64,000 nucleotides of DNA, from contig NC_092672.1 of assembly GCF_964355755.1 (NCBI RefSeq), positions 13,268,001 to 13,332,000 of the forward strand, read 5' to 3'. The translations under genes were made by a program, and so were the position numbers. Origin of the DNA: Antedon mediterranea (Eukaryota > Animalia > Echinodermata). Shown here piece after piece: positions 12,234 through 25,400 of the stretch (the stretch's first letter is position 1; each line of letters begins with the position of its first letter). Below the pieces are notes generated by a model that searched no databases, was not told where the DNA came from, and worked only from the letters and a program-made list of their open reading frames with translations.

Positions 12234-13665
12234 TCTATATATAAATTTACGTAAGGGCAAAATTCGGTAAATCGCGCCTTACTTTTAGAATTTTTACTCG
12301 ATGGTATATAAAGTTGGTACTGATTTTAACTACCTGATGTAACCCTGTTTACTAATTAAATGAAGTTAGATAATTAGTTATTGACGATTAAAACGAATTT
12401 AGGTTCAACGATTTGCCCCAAATAGGGGTGTTTTCCGATCGTGGTATACACTGTCTAATGGATGTCCATCTTGAAAAATACCCGCCACAAAAATGCGAGG
12501 AGGCTTCGCATTTTCCTATCTCCTCCTACGATAATTGTTTTTAATAGCTGAAAATCGGTTGAACAGCTTGAGTACAGTATTATAATGTTGAAGACAGGCC
12601 GATTTTCTTTAAAAAATACTATTTTGATAGATTTAATATACGTTTATACAAATGTATTGATTTGCGAAGAATGGAACATTCCAATCTCTGTGTCGTTCCA
12701 CAAGTTTCTATTCCCTCAGGCGTCGTAAAGGAAAGTACTGTATACTCATAACAGAAATTCGATCCATTTTTTTTTCAATCTGTGCTGCAGAGGTTGGATA
12801 TAATTTTTTTTAAACGGATAATGAGCTAGCGTTTTCATTCGCAGTATATTTATGTACAATTATTGCAGTTAAACCACCCACATCATCACCCTTCCCTCAC
12901 TGGCATGAGTAGCGTTGTAAAGCCAGTAGAAGATAGGCCTACAGTGCATCACATGCCCTAAACGCATAACAACTTTGGTGGGTAGGGTAGGAACCAACTT
13001 AAGTATGAATTAGCTCTAAGAAACAATTGAAAACCATTAGGCCTACTAATTAAGTTGAGTTAGATAATTTAATATTATTGAAGATTAAATCGAATTTATG
13101 ATTTTCCCCGAATAGAGGTGGTTTTCACAAATTGTTATACATTATATAAACATATACACGTCGTAGTGATGTGTCGTTACACGTACTGTACTTTTCAATC
13201 GACTAGGACGGTGATAGTTTCAAAAAAGTATTACATCGCAATGTTTTACTGTGTTTAGTGGTATATTATTTGTAAAACATGAAAACAATTAATATTTCGT
13301 TACTAAATAAATAAAGAATAAATAGATAAAGAATATATTTAAAAACTGTTCCTCTTTGCACCATCCTCTTCCCCATCCCTCAACTACATATAAAACACAA
13401 ATTAAGTTTGTTTAAAATTGACTTAAACAATTGGTCTCATTTTGTGACAACTTTCTTTTTCGGAAGTAATTCCCAGGGTGCTAATTTTAGTTGAGTACAT
13501 AAATCACAGTGTCTATTTATTCGTTCCTGTAAACGACATATATTATTGTCCTGAGGTACGTACATTTGAAATCGCCAGTTTTTTAACGCTGACATTATTA
13601 GTATTCGAGAACCATCTGTGGGCACGACCTAGATGGTACGCGAGCGAAGCGAGCGTACCATCTAG
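12234..13665 (+). mobile_element. Non-autonomous Helitron, family H1, copy 1
   Basis: 5' TCTATATATAAAT, 3' hairpin plus CTAG, inserted between A and T with no TSD. Empty site GGGTTA|TGGATAG read from the other palindrome arm (14041-14053). Second copy at 50203-51651. Confidence 0.92.
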
Positions 13666-16495
13666 TGGATAGAATTTTGCTTAAAAACATATACAAAAAA
13701 CATCGATAAAAAATACTTTTCGAATTTAAAAACATTTGAAACTTCATTTATATGTTCAATATAGGTTGCTCTATTCACAGAAACAAAATTTCATTCATGA
13801 ACGTTTTTTTTTTTGTTTTTTTTTTTTCAAAATCGTTATTAGGTTTAAAAAATGCATTGGAATTGTATGGTCTTTCATAAGTGTACATTTTGTAAAAACG
13901 TAAATTTAAAAAATCAGTAATATGGCTCGATAGTAATCTTTTTTTTTGCAATATGGATGGAGCAACCTATATTGAACATTTATACCAAGTATCAAGTATT
14001 ATTTTTATCGATGTTTTTTGTATATGTTTTAAGCAAAATTCTATCCATAACCCTAATTTTTAATGTTCAATGTGATATTTATTGAAGTGCTTTGAATACG
14101 TTGATGAAATTTGGAGGTATGAAACTTTGTTTGGAGTAGAATCAGCTTCCAGCATCAAATGTTAAAAATATGTTTATATTACTCATTAATTAATAATAAT
14201 TATTAATAAATTAATAGAAAACTAGAGAGGGCGCTTTTCGACAAGGAAATGAATGTTTTTTTATGTGTGTTATTTTTCCGCTCGAATTCATTCAATGTAC
14301 TTTAATATACACTATTACATACTCTTTTATTGGGAAGCCTATTCGCTTCTTTTCTTCAGAAAACATCTAATTTAGGTCTTAAAGTCACAAAAATACACCT
14401 CACATCACCAACCTCAAACACACCAGATTCTACCAACACACACTTCATCTCCTGAACTAACATAGTACAGTATAAGTCAAATTAAATGTTTTAAATTTTT
14501 TTATTGAAATCAATCTTCTGCAAAAAATATTATAATAGTAACAATAACAGAAAGGTTGATAGGTATTTTAATATTTTTTAAACTTAAAAAGGTAAAAAAA
14601 AACTGAATAAAATGTTTATACATACGTACATTATAAATGAAATAAAATAACTACTATTTTAGTAATGCATACACAAGTACAGAATATCAGAAATCAATGA
14701 TTTATGTGTCTAAATATGGCATTATTAGGCTAATTTGCTTTGAGAAAAACATTAATGCCATTGGCGCGCCAATACAAAAAATCAATGCAATTAGACAAAA
14801 TAGTTACATAAACAATTAATACTAATAATGCATGGTAGGCATAAAATAATAGTGTATATAAACTTTCCTTAAATATAAACAGTATAGGGCCTTACCAATT
14901 TATTTAATACATAATATATGAACTATATTACACAAAAGAAATATAAATGAATTTATAAGGACATGATTATCAATATAATTTAATATTATGTTCATATTAT
15001 TATATTATATCATAGAGATTTTCAAAAACATAGTTTGGTAACATTTAGTTTCTGTTTCAGACCTTTAATATTTGGAAATAACCTATAATAATTATAAAAC
15101 ATTCTTGTTTTCAATGCCATTATGCGGTTAAAAACAAGTACAGCAGCATGCATATGTAGATACAGTACACCTATATATTGTGAGAACGTACATAATTTCA
15201 ATAATTTCTTTGTTAGTTATCAACCTAGGGGTTAAATTATTAGGAAAACATTGGTTTATTTTTTATATGTGTACAGAAATTCGTTCTTCTAGCCTCAGAT
15301 CATTCCTGAATTAGTATTAAGTAATGGATATTAGATGAAGTATAGTACAAATACATGTTTCAGGAGGATACTTTATGTTAAAGGTGATAATTAGTTTAAA
15401 TGTTACCCCAATGAAATTTATTCAATTACCAGGTTGAAGTAGTCTGGTGGAAACACTACTATATGTACTCATGTAGAACACAGTCAGTTCTACCAAGGTT
15501 AGAGGTGGGTGCCAACATTTGAGATAAGTGGAAACATGACCTTTTCAATAGTAAATTCATTACCAGCATTATAAATAAAATGTTAAAAAGATGAGAATGC
15601 AAGTAAATATTAGATTCATAGTCCTCATTATGCACAATGGTTTTCTACTATCACATTATTAAAATATAAAACAATCATATAGCCTTTAATGAATTTACAT
15701 GGTGGTCTATCCAAATAAATTTAAATAAAAGGGTCGTAATATGTCTTTGTCTCCAGTTCGTGGAAAATGAACAAAAAATATTCAAAATATCCTGCCAGTT
15801 TGCGTTCAGTACAACCTGCTTAGTTTTTAATACGAGTACTGCTTTCTATACACATAACTTTGATTTCTGCACCAAAAAAAATCTCTGTAATAATGTACTT
15901 TTTAATTACTGTAATAATCTAGGCATAGATTATGTTGACCAGGCCAGTGAGAGGACGATCGACTGTACAGTACTACCATAAGTCCTCTAGGTGGATACAA
16001 CTTATTTATTGTCTACAAAGTGTACAGTAGTATGCTAATAGTACTATTATTATATTAGGTAGTTGGAGTAGTTTGGAGAGATACATCTATTTATAAGAGA
16101 GTACTTTATATTTATCGATATAATACCAATAGGTACCATGTATTGGGATGCAATTCAACAGTTATGAATAAAAAAAACTCTGTATGCTTTATTCTGGCTG
16201 TGAAATATAAAATTGTTAAATGAAAAAGAAAATTTAAGGTGATCATCCCAGTATTTACAGTCTAAATTTGATCTTTATGCAACAATAGGCATAAACGATT
16301 TTTTAATTAACAGGTATAAAAGCAAATTAAAAGCCCTACGTACTCTGTATGTTGGAGGAAATAAGCATAGGGCCTAAGTGCAAATAAATCCTTGACCACA
16401 GGATGTAATTCACTATTTGGAATCAGTGGTACACGACTGTGTTGGACCATAATGTGGTCCAGGTTGACGGGCCAGGAATGATGGTAGTGCCCAGT

Positions 16496-17389
16496 ATGAG
16501 TGTTGCCAAAGTGCGAGTCAACGAGGCACGCAATGCAGGCATAATGCACGCAATCCACGCAATGCATGCAATCCACGACGGTAATTCAACGGAAAAAATA
16601 CCAACAAGTGCAAGCCTTCGAATAATAATAAGCCTTCGTTAATATTTGTGTACAATTCATAAACATTTATGAATCACCTACCGTTAATGTAATTATGTTA
16701 ACAGTTGTGAATATCCAGATGCAACTTCGATGTTTACAGTTAGTTTTAGATGGTGCCTGGTCACCGTCTAAGAAGCCTAGCTAGCTAGCCTAGGCCCTAT
16801 AGCACGGTAGCCCGCCCGCCGGAGTAGAGACGGCTATTCGCTGTATGCTTAGTACAGTCTATGCCTGGCAGTAGCTTCATTATCAACGCTGTCAACAATG
16901 GACGAATACAGTGGATTACGGATATTTTAAATCTAAGTCTTGTGAAATGTATTTTTTTAAACAAAATATCATCTAGTATAGGAAGCCCTATATAATATGA
17001 AAATTACTAGGCCTGGGCTGTGTGGTGGGCCGGCGGGGGGACATTTTGGAAAAAAATAACTACAAACAAGCGAGACTGACCAACAAGAAGGGAGCAGCAG
17101 GCAGGCTTGACTTTATTTTAGTAGTACAGTAGTAGTAGTAGGGTATGTTTAGAACAACATAACATAAAATAATGATTTTATTTTTTAATTCATCCCCTCT
17201 AATGTTTGATATGAACATACTAATTTATATTTAAATTATTTAATATGTTTTATGGTGCCTCGCACTTTTGGTACAATAGTGCAGTTACACTTCGTACTGA
17301 CTCGCTTGAATTGCAATTAACATGGTCACGTGGGCCGTTGACTCCAATGAATCCAATAAATCCATGGCTTGCAGTTTGTCAATACCCGT
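16496..17389. mobile_element. ~0.9-kb MITE-like insertion in the right palindrome arm
   Basis: Flanked by direct repeat CCAGT(AT) at 16491 and 17390, present once in the left arm. Imperfect TIRs GAGTGTTGCCAAAGTGC / GGGTATTGACAAACTGC (13 of 17 match). Confidence 0.65.
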
Positions 17390-19047
17390 CCAGTATACAG
17401 TGTAATTTAGCCTCAAGGCAATACCATGTAGCTGGATTAGCTTGGAGAAATACACTAGAGATTTCATGAGATTTGGTGTGTGATGATTCAGTTTGATAAT
17501 TACCTGTGAAAAAAAATTGTTGAATTATGAAGAAAATATTGTAAAATATAACAAGGAAGTTATACTATAGTATAATTAAGGGGTAACCGTAAAATATATT
17601 ATAATAATAAATGCAATGCGAATTACTATTACTACTAATATTATGTATACAATACAATATTACAGTTAAATTCATAGGTCGATATTATTTTATTATTATA
17701 AGGAAATCTGTTTTAGAATGAGAAAAAACCGTCCCAACCTAGATTTGAACCCAGCTATCAATAAAGCTATAAAGCTATTGGTACGAGTTGACCAATTATT
17801 TGGGTACGAGTTAGCCAAGTTTGGAACGAGTTGACCAGCACCCTAGAATACGGATAAAGATCAACCCGTACCCCCATCCCGACTCGTTCCCATCCCATGG
17901 TAGAATACTACTTACATGTTAGTTTAGCCTAGCTGGGCTAACCTACCTCACATCTCACATGCCCTCCTGAAAAAACGCGACCGAAATTACTGGAACCCTA
18001 CCCTAGCCTACTAGACCTAGATAGTAGTGATCCGTAGTACCATGGAACTATAATAAATGGTAGACGTACTAGTACTGTGTAGTATATGTTAACATGTCTG
18101 GCTCTACGAGGCCTTTTTATGCTCATAGGATGGCTTTTTTGGGCGTCCCAATGTAGGCCTATGCCTATAGCTAGGACAGATTTCCCATTCCTGCAGGCCT
18201 GTAGCCTATGCTCTAGTAGGGCGGCCGGGTGTACTCTGGTTGATTCACCCCTTTTCGACTCGTACCCATGCCAACTCGTACTTAACTTCCTACCCTAAAC
18301 TCGTATCCAACCAAATAATTGGTTGATTTCCCGCTAGACTAGTAGGCCTAGCCTAGCTACAATATTCATTATGCCCTGCTAAAAAGGTAGATGAACTACT
18401 AGACTAATTACGTAATTCGTATAATAATAAATATAATTGACTAGAAGGCCTAAAAGCGGCGGAAAACACCTATCTATTCTTGCATGGAAGTACGAAAACC
18501 TGCCTATGGTTGTACATCATTGTAAATTGTCAACACACACTGTGCTACAGACAGTGTACCGTGTGTTAAAAGTACAGCATTTATAGCAGACAGCAACGTG
18601 TATAACTTGCTATAGTTTTACAGATAGCACCTGTGGACAGAGTAGCAGAATCGGGTGATGTGTTCGTCATTTTTTATTCTTTACTTTTTAAATTTAGTAA
18701 TCTATAGTTCTGAACGAAGATGATGAATTATTAATTTATGTTGCATATTGATTGTAAGAGTCAGGAGTTTACCTGATATTGTTTTTGTTTTCTTATATTT
18801 AGTAATTTTCAAGGACGCTGTTCAAACTGTCACATCCAGTCGACAACACTTTCACTTTCGTCTCAGATCAAGTTAACTATGATTTGTCATTAAATATTGC
18901 CCCTAAAGCTCTGTCTACACTATCAGACTTTATGTGACTAAAACAAATGTGGTGTGACCTTATATGGACACCATAATATCATATCACTACCATATTTGGG
19001 CATATCACTACCATATTTGGGCATATCGCACGTTTTTGGCAAACTAG

Positions 19048-19936
19048 TTTACCTCCGCCAAGGAGGTATATGTAATCGGTAGCGTGTTTTTATTACTTGG
19101 CAAAAAAAAATTTTGCCAAGTAGTATTTACTTTGTTACTTGCCAAAAAAGAATTTTGCCAAGTATAGTCTTTACTTTGTTTGTGTGTATGTTTGTATGTT
19201 TGTTACTTGGCCAAATTGAAAATTGGCAAAGTATGTTGATCTGTTCGGTTTGTGTGTTTGTTTGTCATCATTCTAGCGCTCAAAATTTTGATTCGAATGA
19301 CTCCTAATTACTACCATACATGTCGCCTGGTGCAAGGACGACACTGCCCAATTTTGGAACACTTTTTAGAATTATGTTCAGAACTGCTAGTGTTAAAAGA
19401 TAGGACAGAATTTTCAAAAGCCGGTGAGCAGTCTTAAAGTAAACTAAAATTGCATTTTCTCGAGAACTACTTGTCCAAAAAAACTTCATTTTTGTACAAG
19501 AGGCAAGAGTTATAATTTGTGATTTGTAATTTTAAAATAGATTTAATGTACAGGTTTTTTGATGCGAATAATTTAAAAAACCTATTTCTTTTCAAATTCA
19601 CCCGTGTGTTTTACGCGTTGCTATTGTTAGTCGATTGAAGCTATTGTTAGTTGAAAGGCTGGTTACATAACCTTTTCACCAAACTCGTATACGCATGATT
19701 GTAGTGAAATTACCCTAAATCACACAGCATCAGGACACACACTTTTGGTGAAAATCGGGTCACGGTCAGGAGGCCAATTTTGATTTGGCCAAGTATCTGG
19801 CACTCAGAAGAAGGCTAGTTTGTTTGTTACTTAGCAAAAAGAATGTTGCCAAGTATAGTATTTACTTTGTTTGTATGTAAGTTTGTATGTATGTTTATAT
19901 GTTTGTTACTGGGCAAAAAGTATAGTATTTACTTTG
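19048..19936 (+). mobile_element. Nested non-autonomous Helentron-associated elements (HINE-like)
   Basis: 5' ends TTACCTCCGCCAAGGAGG, TTACTTGGCAAAA..TTTTGCCAAGT and TTACTTGGCCAAA, each followed by (GTTT)/(GTAT) microsatellite. A 3' end TTTGGCCAAGT...GGCTAGTT lies near 19820. Confidence 0.75.
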
Positions 19937-20719
19937 TTACTTGGCAAAAAAGAATTTTGCCAAGTATAGTATTCACTTTGTTTGTATGTATGTATGTATG
20001 TTTGTTAGCACGATAGCGCCTACAGTTTTCAAGTTATCGTTTTTGGGTGTAGATAGGTATATACTTTCCGACCATGCCTATTGAAAATCAAGAAAATTGG
20101 TTTATTAATAACTTAACAAATAACAAAAATGATATTATTTTCAGACCGTCTAGTGTTAAAAGATGGGAGACAATTTTCAAAACCCGGCGAGCAGTCTTAA
20201 AATAACAAGTCTACTGAAATTGCATTTTCTCGAGAACTACTAGTCCAAAAAACATCATTTTTGTACAAGAGGCAAGAATTATAAATTACTACGAGTAGTT
20301 TTAAAAACCCATTTCTTTTCAAATTCACCCATTTGTTTTTCGCGTTGCTGTTCTATTGTTATTTAAATTAATCTATTGTTAGTTGATAATTAGTTTTTTT
20401 TTAGGACCAGTGTGTGTCCTTCCTATTTCATTCTTTACATAGTTATAAACTTACAGAACATGCTATTCAAAGTACACCTGCACAATCTTATTTGCATAAC
20501 AATGCACGGCATACCAAGCCGACTGCGATGAAGAACGAACGTAACAAAGAGAGTTATTAATAACAGAGAACAACGTTGTGCGCGCCTATTTAATGATTAT
20601 TATCATACACACTACTGAGAAATATGTTTATACTTTAAAAAATGCCTCGAACAAAAAAGAAAAGTGCAGATCAACGGAGAAAAGAATCCAGGTCATGTAT
20701 GGCCAAGACTCGAGATAAC

Positions 20720-21128
20720 GAAATCACTGAGCAAAAACAAGAGAGACTAGCCAAAGTAAATACGAATGTGAAAATATCCCGAAGTAAGGAAACAACGGAT
20801 CAAAAAAAAGAGAGACTGGCCAAAGTAAAAACGAATGTTACAAGATCCCGAAATAAGGAAACAACGGAACAAAAAAAAGAGAGACTGGCCAAACTAAAAA
20901 CGAATGTTATAAGATCCCGAAATAAGGAAACAACGGAACAAAAAAAAAGAGAAACTGGCCAAACTAAAAACGAATGTTATACGATCCCGAAATAAGGAAA
21001 CACCGGAACAAAAAAAAGAGAGACTGGCCAAGCTAAAAACGAATGTTATAAGATCCCGCATTAATGAATCAACGGAACAAATAAAAGAGAGACTGGCCGA
21101 AGCAAACCAAAATATAAAAAAAACTTGA
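20720..21128 (+). repeat. 69-bp coding tandem repeat (about 6 copies) encoding 23-aa STPR-like units
   Basis: Unit ETTEQKKERLAKxKTNVxRSRNK. The 23-aa period and ETxE...RL pattern match STPR repeats of silkworm FMBP-1. Confidence 0.8.
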
Positions 21129-21697
21129 AGTGTGGAAACTGCTATTGAAAAGCGTGCAGGACGTGAAAAGGTGCGTGAGAATGTAAAAAACCAGCGTCAG
21201 AAAAGACACTTAAGCATTACGAGTAGTGCAGAAGTAATTGCTAATTTTCATAAACATGTGAAAGATGCTGCTGATTATATTTGTTGTTCGTGTCACAGAA
21301 TATTATATCGGTGTTCAGTAGTACAATTTAAACCACTGAATTATCAAAAGCTGAAAAGACAGATTTTTAATGCTATTTGTGGTTACAAAAGAACATCAAT
21401 GGATAACAATGAATGGATTTGTTCATATTCATGGTCCTGCTGTAAATGTCCCAGCAAAAGTGGACACTATTTGTAAGTTGTTTCCGCGACTGCCTTCACA
21501 GAGTCAGTTATTGCCACTGAAGTTTAAACGGAGAAGAAAATACAAGTATGATTATGTAAACCATCAGAAGGTCCTGTCGGCACTGCGGTGGCTGAAAGAA
21601 AACAATCCACATTAAGAACATTAATATAAATCAAAACTGGACAGTTGAAGCGAAAACAGATAATAAGGACCTCTGGAAAGCGATGACCTGTGCTGAT

Positions 21698-21982
21698 GAT
21701 GAAAGTAATTGTTTTCCGGATCAAGTGCACATTAGTGACATTGGTCGTGTTGCTGATGAAAGTAATTATTCTCCGGATCAAGTGGACATTAGTGACATTG
21801 GTCGTGTTGCTGATGAAAGTAATTGTTTTCCGGATCAAGTGGACATTAGTGACATTGGCCGTGTTAGTGATGAAAGTAATTGTTTTCCGGATCAAGTGAA
21901 CAGTAGTGACATTGGTCGTGTTACTGATGAAAGTAATTGTTTTCCGGATCAAGTTCAGCGTAGTGACATTGGTCGTGTTGTA
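21698..21982 (+). repeat. 57-bp coding minisatellite, 5 copies (DESNCFPDQVDISDIGRVA)
   Basis: Head-to-tail units GATGAAAGTAATTGTTTTCCGGATCAAGT...GACATTGGTCGTGTT, in frame upstream of the OTU domain. Confidence 0.92.
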
Positions 21983-22000
21983 GATGTAATTCACATGAGA

Positions 22001-22468
22001 GTTGTTGATGTGCCACGAGATGGCGACTGTTTATATTCAGCAGTATGTTGTCAGTTAGAAAGCCTAGGAATCCATAAAACAGATCCTAAGGCATTACGTC
22101 AACATACTGCAATATATATGTCAAAATATCCTGAGTTTTACAAAGACTTTTTTTCTAATCGTGTAGCTGACAGTGACCTGACTAATGCAGACACTGAACA
22201 ACCAACGATCGCAGATGTTGTTATAGCAAAAGTCAGTGACCCAGATACTCAGAGTGAAATTAGATGGCTCATATATTTAGATGGAGTAGAAAATGGCTCG
22301 CAGTGGGGAGATCACATAGTGTTGCAAGCGATTGCAGATCAGTTCTCACTAAAAGTACATGTACATACGACAAATAGCGACCATGTAGAGAAAGTATGTT
22401 CAAGGGTTAGAACAGCTCATGAATTTCACCTTGGACTAATTGCACAATACCACTATGTAGTGCTGGAA
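22001..22468 (+). other. OTU-like cysteine protease domain within the Helentron
   Basis: VVDVPRDGDCLYSAV (Cys box), QWGDHIVLQAIA, and LGLIAQYHYVVL (His box). Confidence 0.82.
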
Positions 22469-25400
22469 TAGAATAAAGAAAATGAACACAGAAATGAAAC
22501 CACAGTTACAGTGACAAACATTTCTGATCATGAGAACCTGACGAATAAAGAAGAACTTGAAAATTCTCAGGATGAAGCAGCATTCGAAAGCAATTCAGAG
22601 GTTTCTGGTTTACCTTATGAAACTTGTATGTTGAAAGAAAATCCATATATCACCAACAAAGTCATTTGCATTGCTCCTGGCGAAAGAGAAAAAACTCTGA
22701 ACCTTTTGACAGATAAATATTTTGAGGAATTGGCAAATCCAGACAAATACCCATATGGTAATAATGCTCTGACTTCTGAAATAGAAACATATATACATAC
22801 AAGAAGATATTTCAATCAACGGCTACTTGACTGTGACGGCGGCAGATTTGCAAAATCAATAGATTATCTTCTGAGTGCCCAGTACGCAGTAGAAAGCAAA
22901 CAAGTTTATGGGGACCTAAATCATTTCATATTCAGACGAGCTTCCAGGAATCAATTCCAAGGTCAAATTCTTAAAGCATGCCAAGTAAAAAATGTTGAAA
23001 AGATGAACGAAAGGATTAAGGCAGACAAAGTGTACAAGATTTTGAAGAATATACGAGGTTCACCTGGCTACTTCCAATCTCTGTTCTATGATGTATTAGC
23101 TTTGATAAGGCAGCTAGGAATCCCAACATAGTTCCTTACTGTATCTGCAGCAAATATGCAGTGGCCAGATGTCATTCAAATAATTGCTAGACAGTATAGT
23201 ACTATTTTGAGTGATAGTGATGCAAAAAACTTTTTCTGAAAGAACACACTGGTTGCGAAGAAATCCTGCTACAGCTGCAAGACAATTTCAATATAGGTTA
23301 GATTTGCTATTTCGTGATGTCCTCATGTCCTCTGCAAAACCACTTGGTGAAGTTGTAGACTATGTATCAAGAATAGAGTTTCAGGCACGTAGTTCGCCAC
23401 ATGCACACATGATACTATGGGTTAAAAATGCCCCCAAACTAGATGTGAACTCAGATGCCGAAATTTGTGAATTTTTAGATGAAAGAATCTCTTGCACTCT
23501 TCCAGACAATGACCCTGATTTGCTTGAGCTTGTAGGTTGTAGGAAAGGCTCTTGTAGATTTCACTATCCTCGACCTCCTAGTACCAGAACACTTTTAGCC
23601 CGAGAACTTAATGACGAGCTTGCCCAAGCCAAAAAAAAGGCTGCTAAAAATGTGCTTGGTGCTGTACTTGATGTTATGATGGATGAGAACACAGATGTTG
23701 ATAGTTCACTGTCAAAGTTGTGTGAAACAGCAAAAACAGATGAAGTTCAATACATGAAATCACTCAGTATATCACAGAAAGGTACAACCATAATTATGGA
23801 AAGAACTTCATCAGAGAAATGTGTAAATACGTACAACCCTACTGTGTTAAAAGCATGGAAAGCCAGTGTTGACATACAGTTCATTCTAGATGCCTTTACT
23901 TGTGTAGTGTATGTGGCTTCCTACATGACTAAAAATGAAAAGGGCATGGGAGAACTGCTAAAACAAGCATGCAAAGAACACCAAGATAAAGAGGTGAAAT
24001 CTGTGTTGAAAAAGGTTGGTTCAGTGTTTCTGAATCACGGTGAAGTTAGTGCACAAGAATCTGTCTACAGATTATTGTCAATGCCAATGAAAAAGGTTAG
24101 CAGAACTATAGTATTTATCAATACAGATCCAAAGAAAAGCAGAGCTGTGGTTTTGAAAAATGCTGACCAGTTGGAAATTTAGATGATGACCATGAAGATA
24201 TTTTTCAAATGAGTATTGTGAATAGGTATGAACACAGACCAAACAATCTAGAAAACATGTCACTGGCCGAATTTGCCTCTACATACACTGCAGATTACAA
24301 AGAGAAAAATAGAGACACAGATGACAGTGTTCCCGTTGCCTTATAGGTTGTTTCTGAGTGGACCTGGTGGTGTAGGAAAATGTCATGTTATAAAAATCAT
24401 TCACTCTGACACTAAACGACTATTTTCCCTGTCTAAAAGATTCAAACCAAATCCCTTCTAACTGTCCCCACTGGAGTAGCAGCTTTCAATATTGGTGGAA
24501 TGACTGTACATTCGGCACTGTTGCTTAGAACATCAATGTATGGAAAACATGGAGACCCGCTAACATGTGAAAAATTAAACACTCTGAGATCTAAATTAGA
24601 AACATTGCAACTGCTGATTATTGATGAAATATACATGATAGGTTCGGATATGTTGTTAAATATACACAGACGACTTTGTGAAATAAAAGGGACCAGTGAA
24701 GAAGACTCAAATATGTTTGGCAATGTAAGCATTCTAGCTGTTGGAGATCTCTATCAACTTCCTCCAGTGTTACAGTCAAACATCTACGATCCTGTAAAAA
24801 AAATCCCTTAGCTAATCGTCACGGTAACCTATGGAAAGATGAATTTGTACTTCATGAACTAGACGAAATAATGAGACAAAGAAATGATCAGGGGTTTGCA
24901 GAAACATGCTGTGTCGCATTAGAATTGGTAAACATACAGAAGAGGACATTGTCTTGTTGAAAACAAGAGTGATAGATGTAGCTGACAGCTGTCGTCCCCA
25001 TGATGCCGTCCATGTGTTTGCATGCAATAAGGATGTTGATGAATGGAACGTGAGAAAGCTTTTAGAAGTTGAACCGGACAGCCACAATCGCATGCTCATT
25101 ACAGCTATTGATGACAAAAAAGACATAACTGGTCTGATTGATTTACAAAATCCCGGAAGCCAGAAAAAACGTAGTGAAACTGGTGGATTGCATACAGTTC
25201 TAGAACTTGCTGTAGGTGCTCGTGTGATGTTGACCTATAATATTGATGTTTCTGATGGTTTAGTGAACGGTGTTATTGGAAGAGTTGCAGGGGTTGAACA
25301 AGATACAACAGGCAAATTTACTGCGATCTTTGTAAGATTTGACCACCCTGAAGTTGGAAAAACAACATTAGCTTCTAGCCAATGGAAAAACAAATATCCC

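Larger units (their letters stand above)
8458..18657. mobile_element. 10.2-kb palindromic foldback-like element with CACCC...GGGTG termini, no coding capacity found
   Basis: CACCCGATTCTGCTACT at 8458 is the reverse complement of AGTAGCAGAATCGGGTG ending 18657. The arms align inverted to a short spacer near 13780-13960. Absent from the paralogous locus (38861-39040). Confidence 0.85.

Noticed and set aside
13437-13672. Small ORFs repeated at 50199-50432
   Set aside because: They recur only because they lie in two copies of Helitron H1; no recognisable protein motif.
8458-18657. Palindrome as an amplification or assembly fold-back artefact
   Set aside because: The arms differ by many substitutions and by independent, well-formed insertions, and both flanks match a paralogous empty site.
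21698-21982. CRISPR-like periodicity
   Set aside because: Units are contiguous 57-bp repeats with no unique spacers, in frame in a eukaryotic transposon protein, and no cas genes are present.
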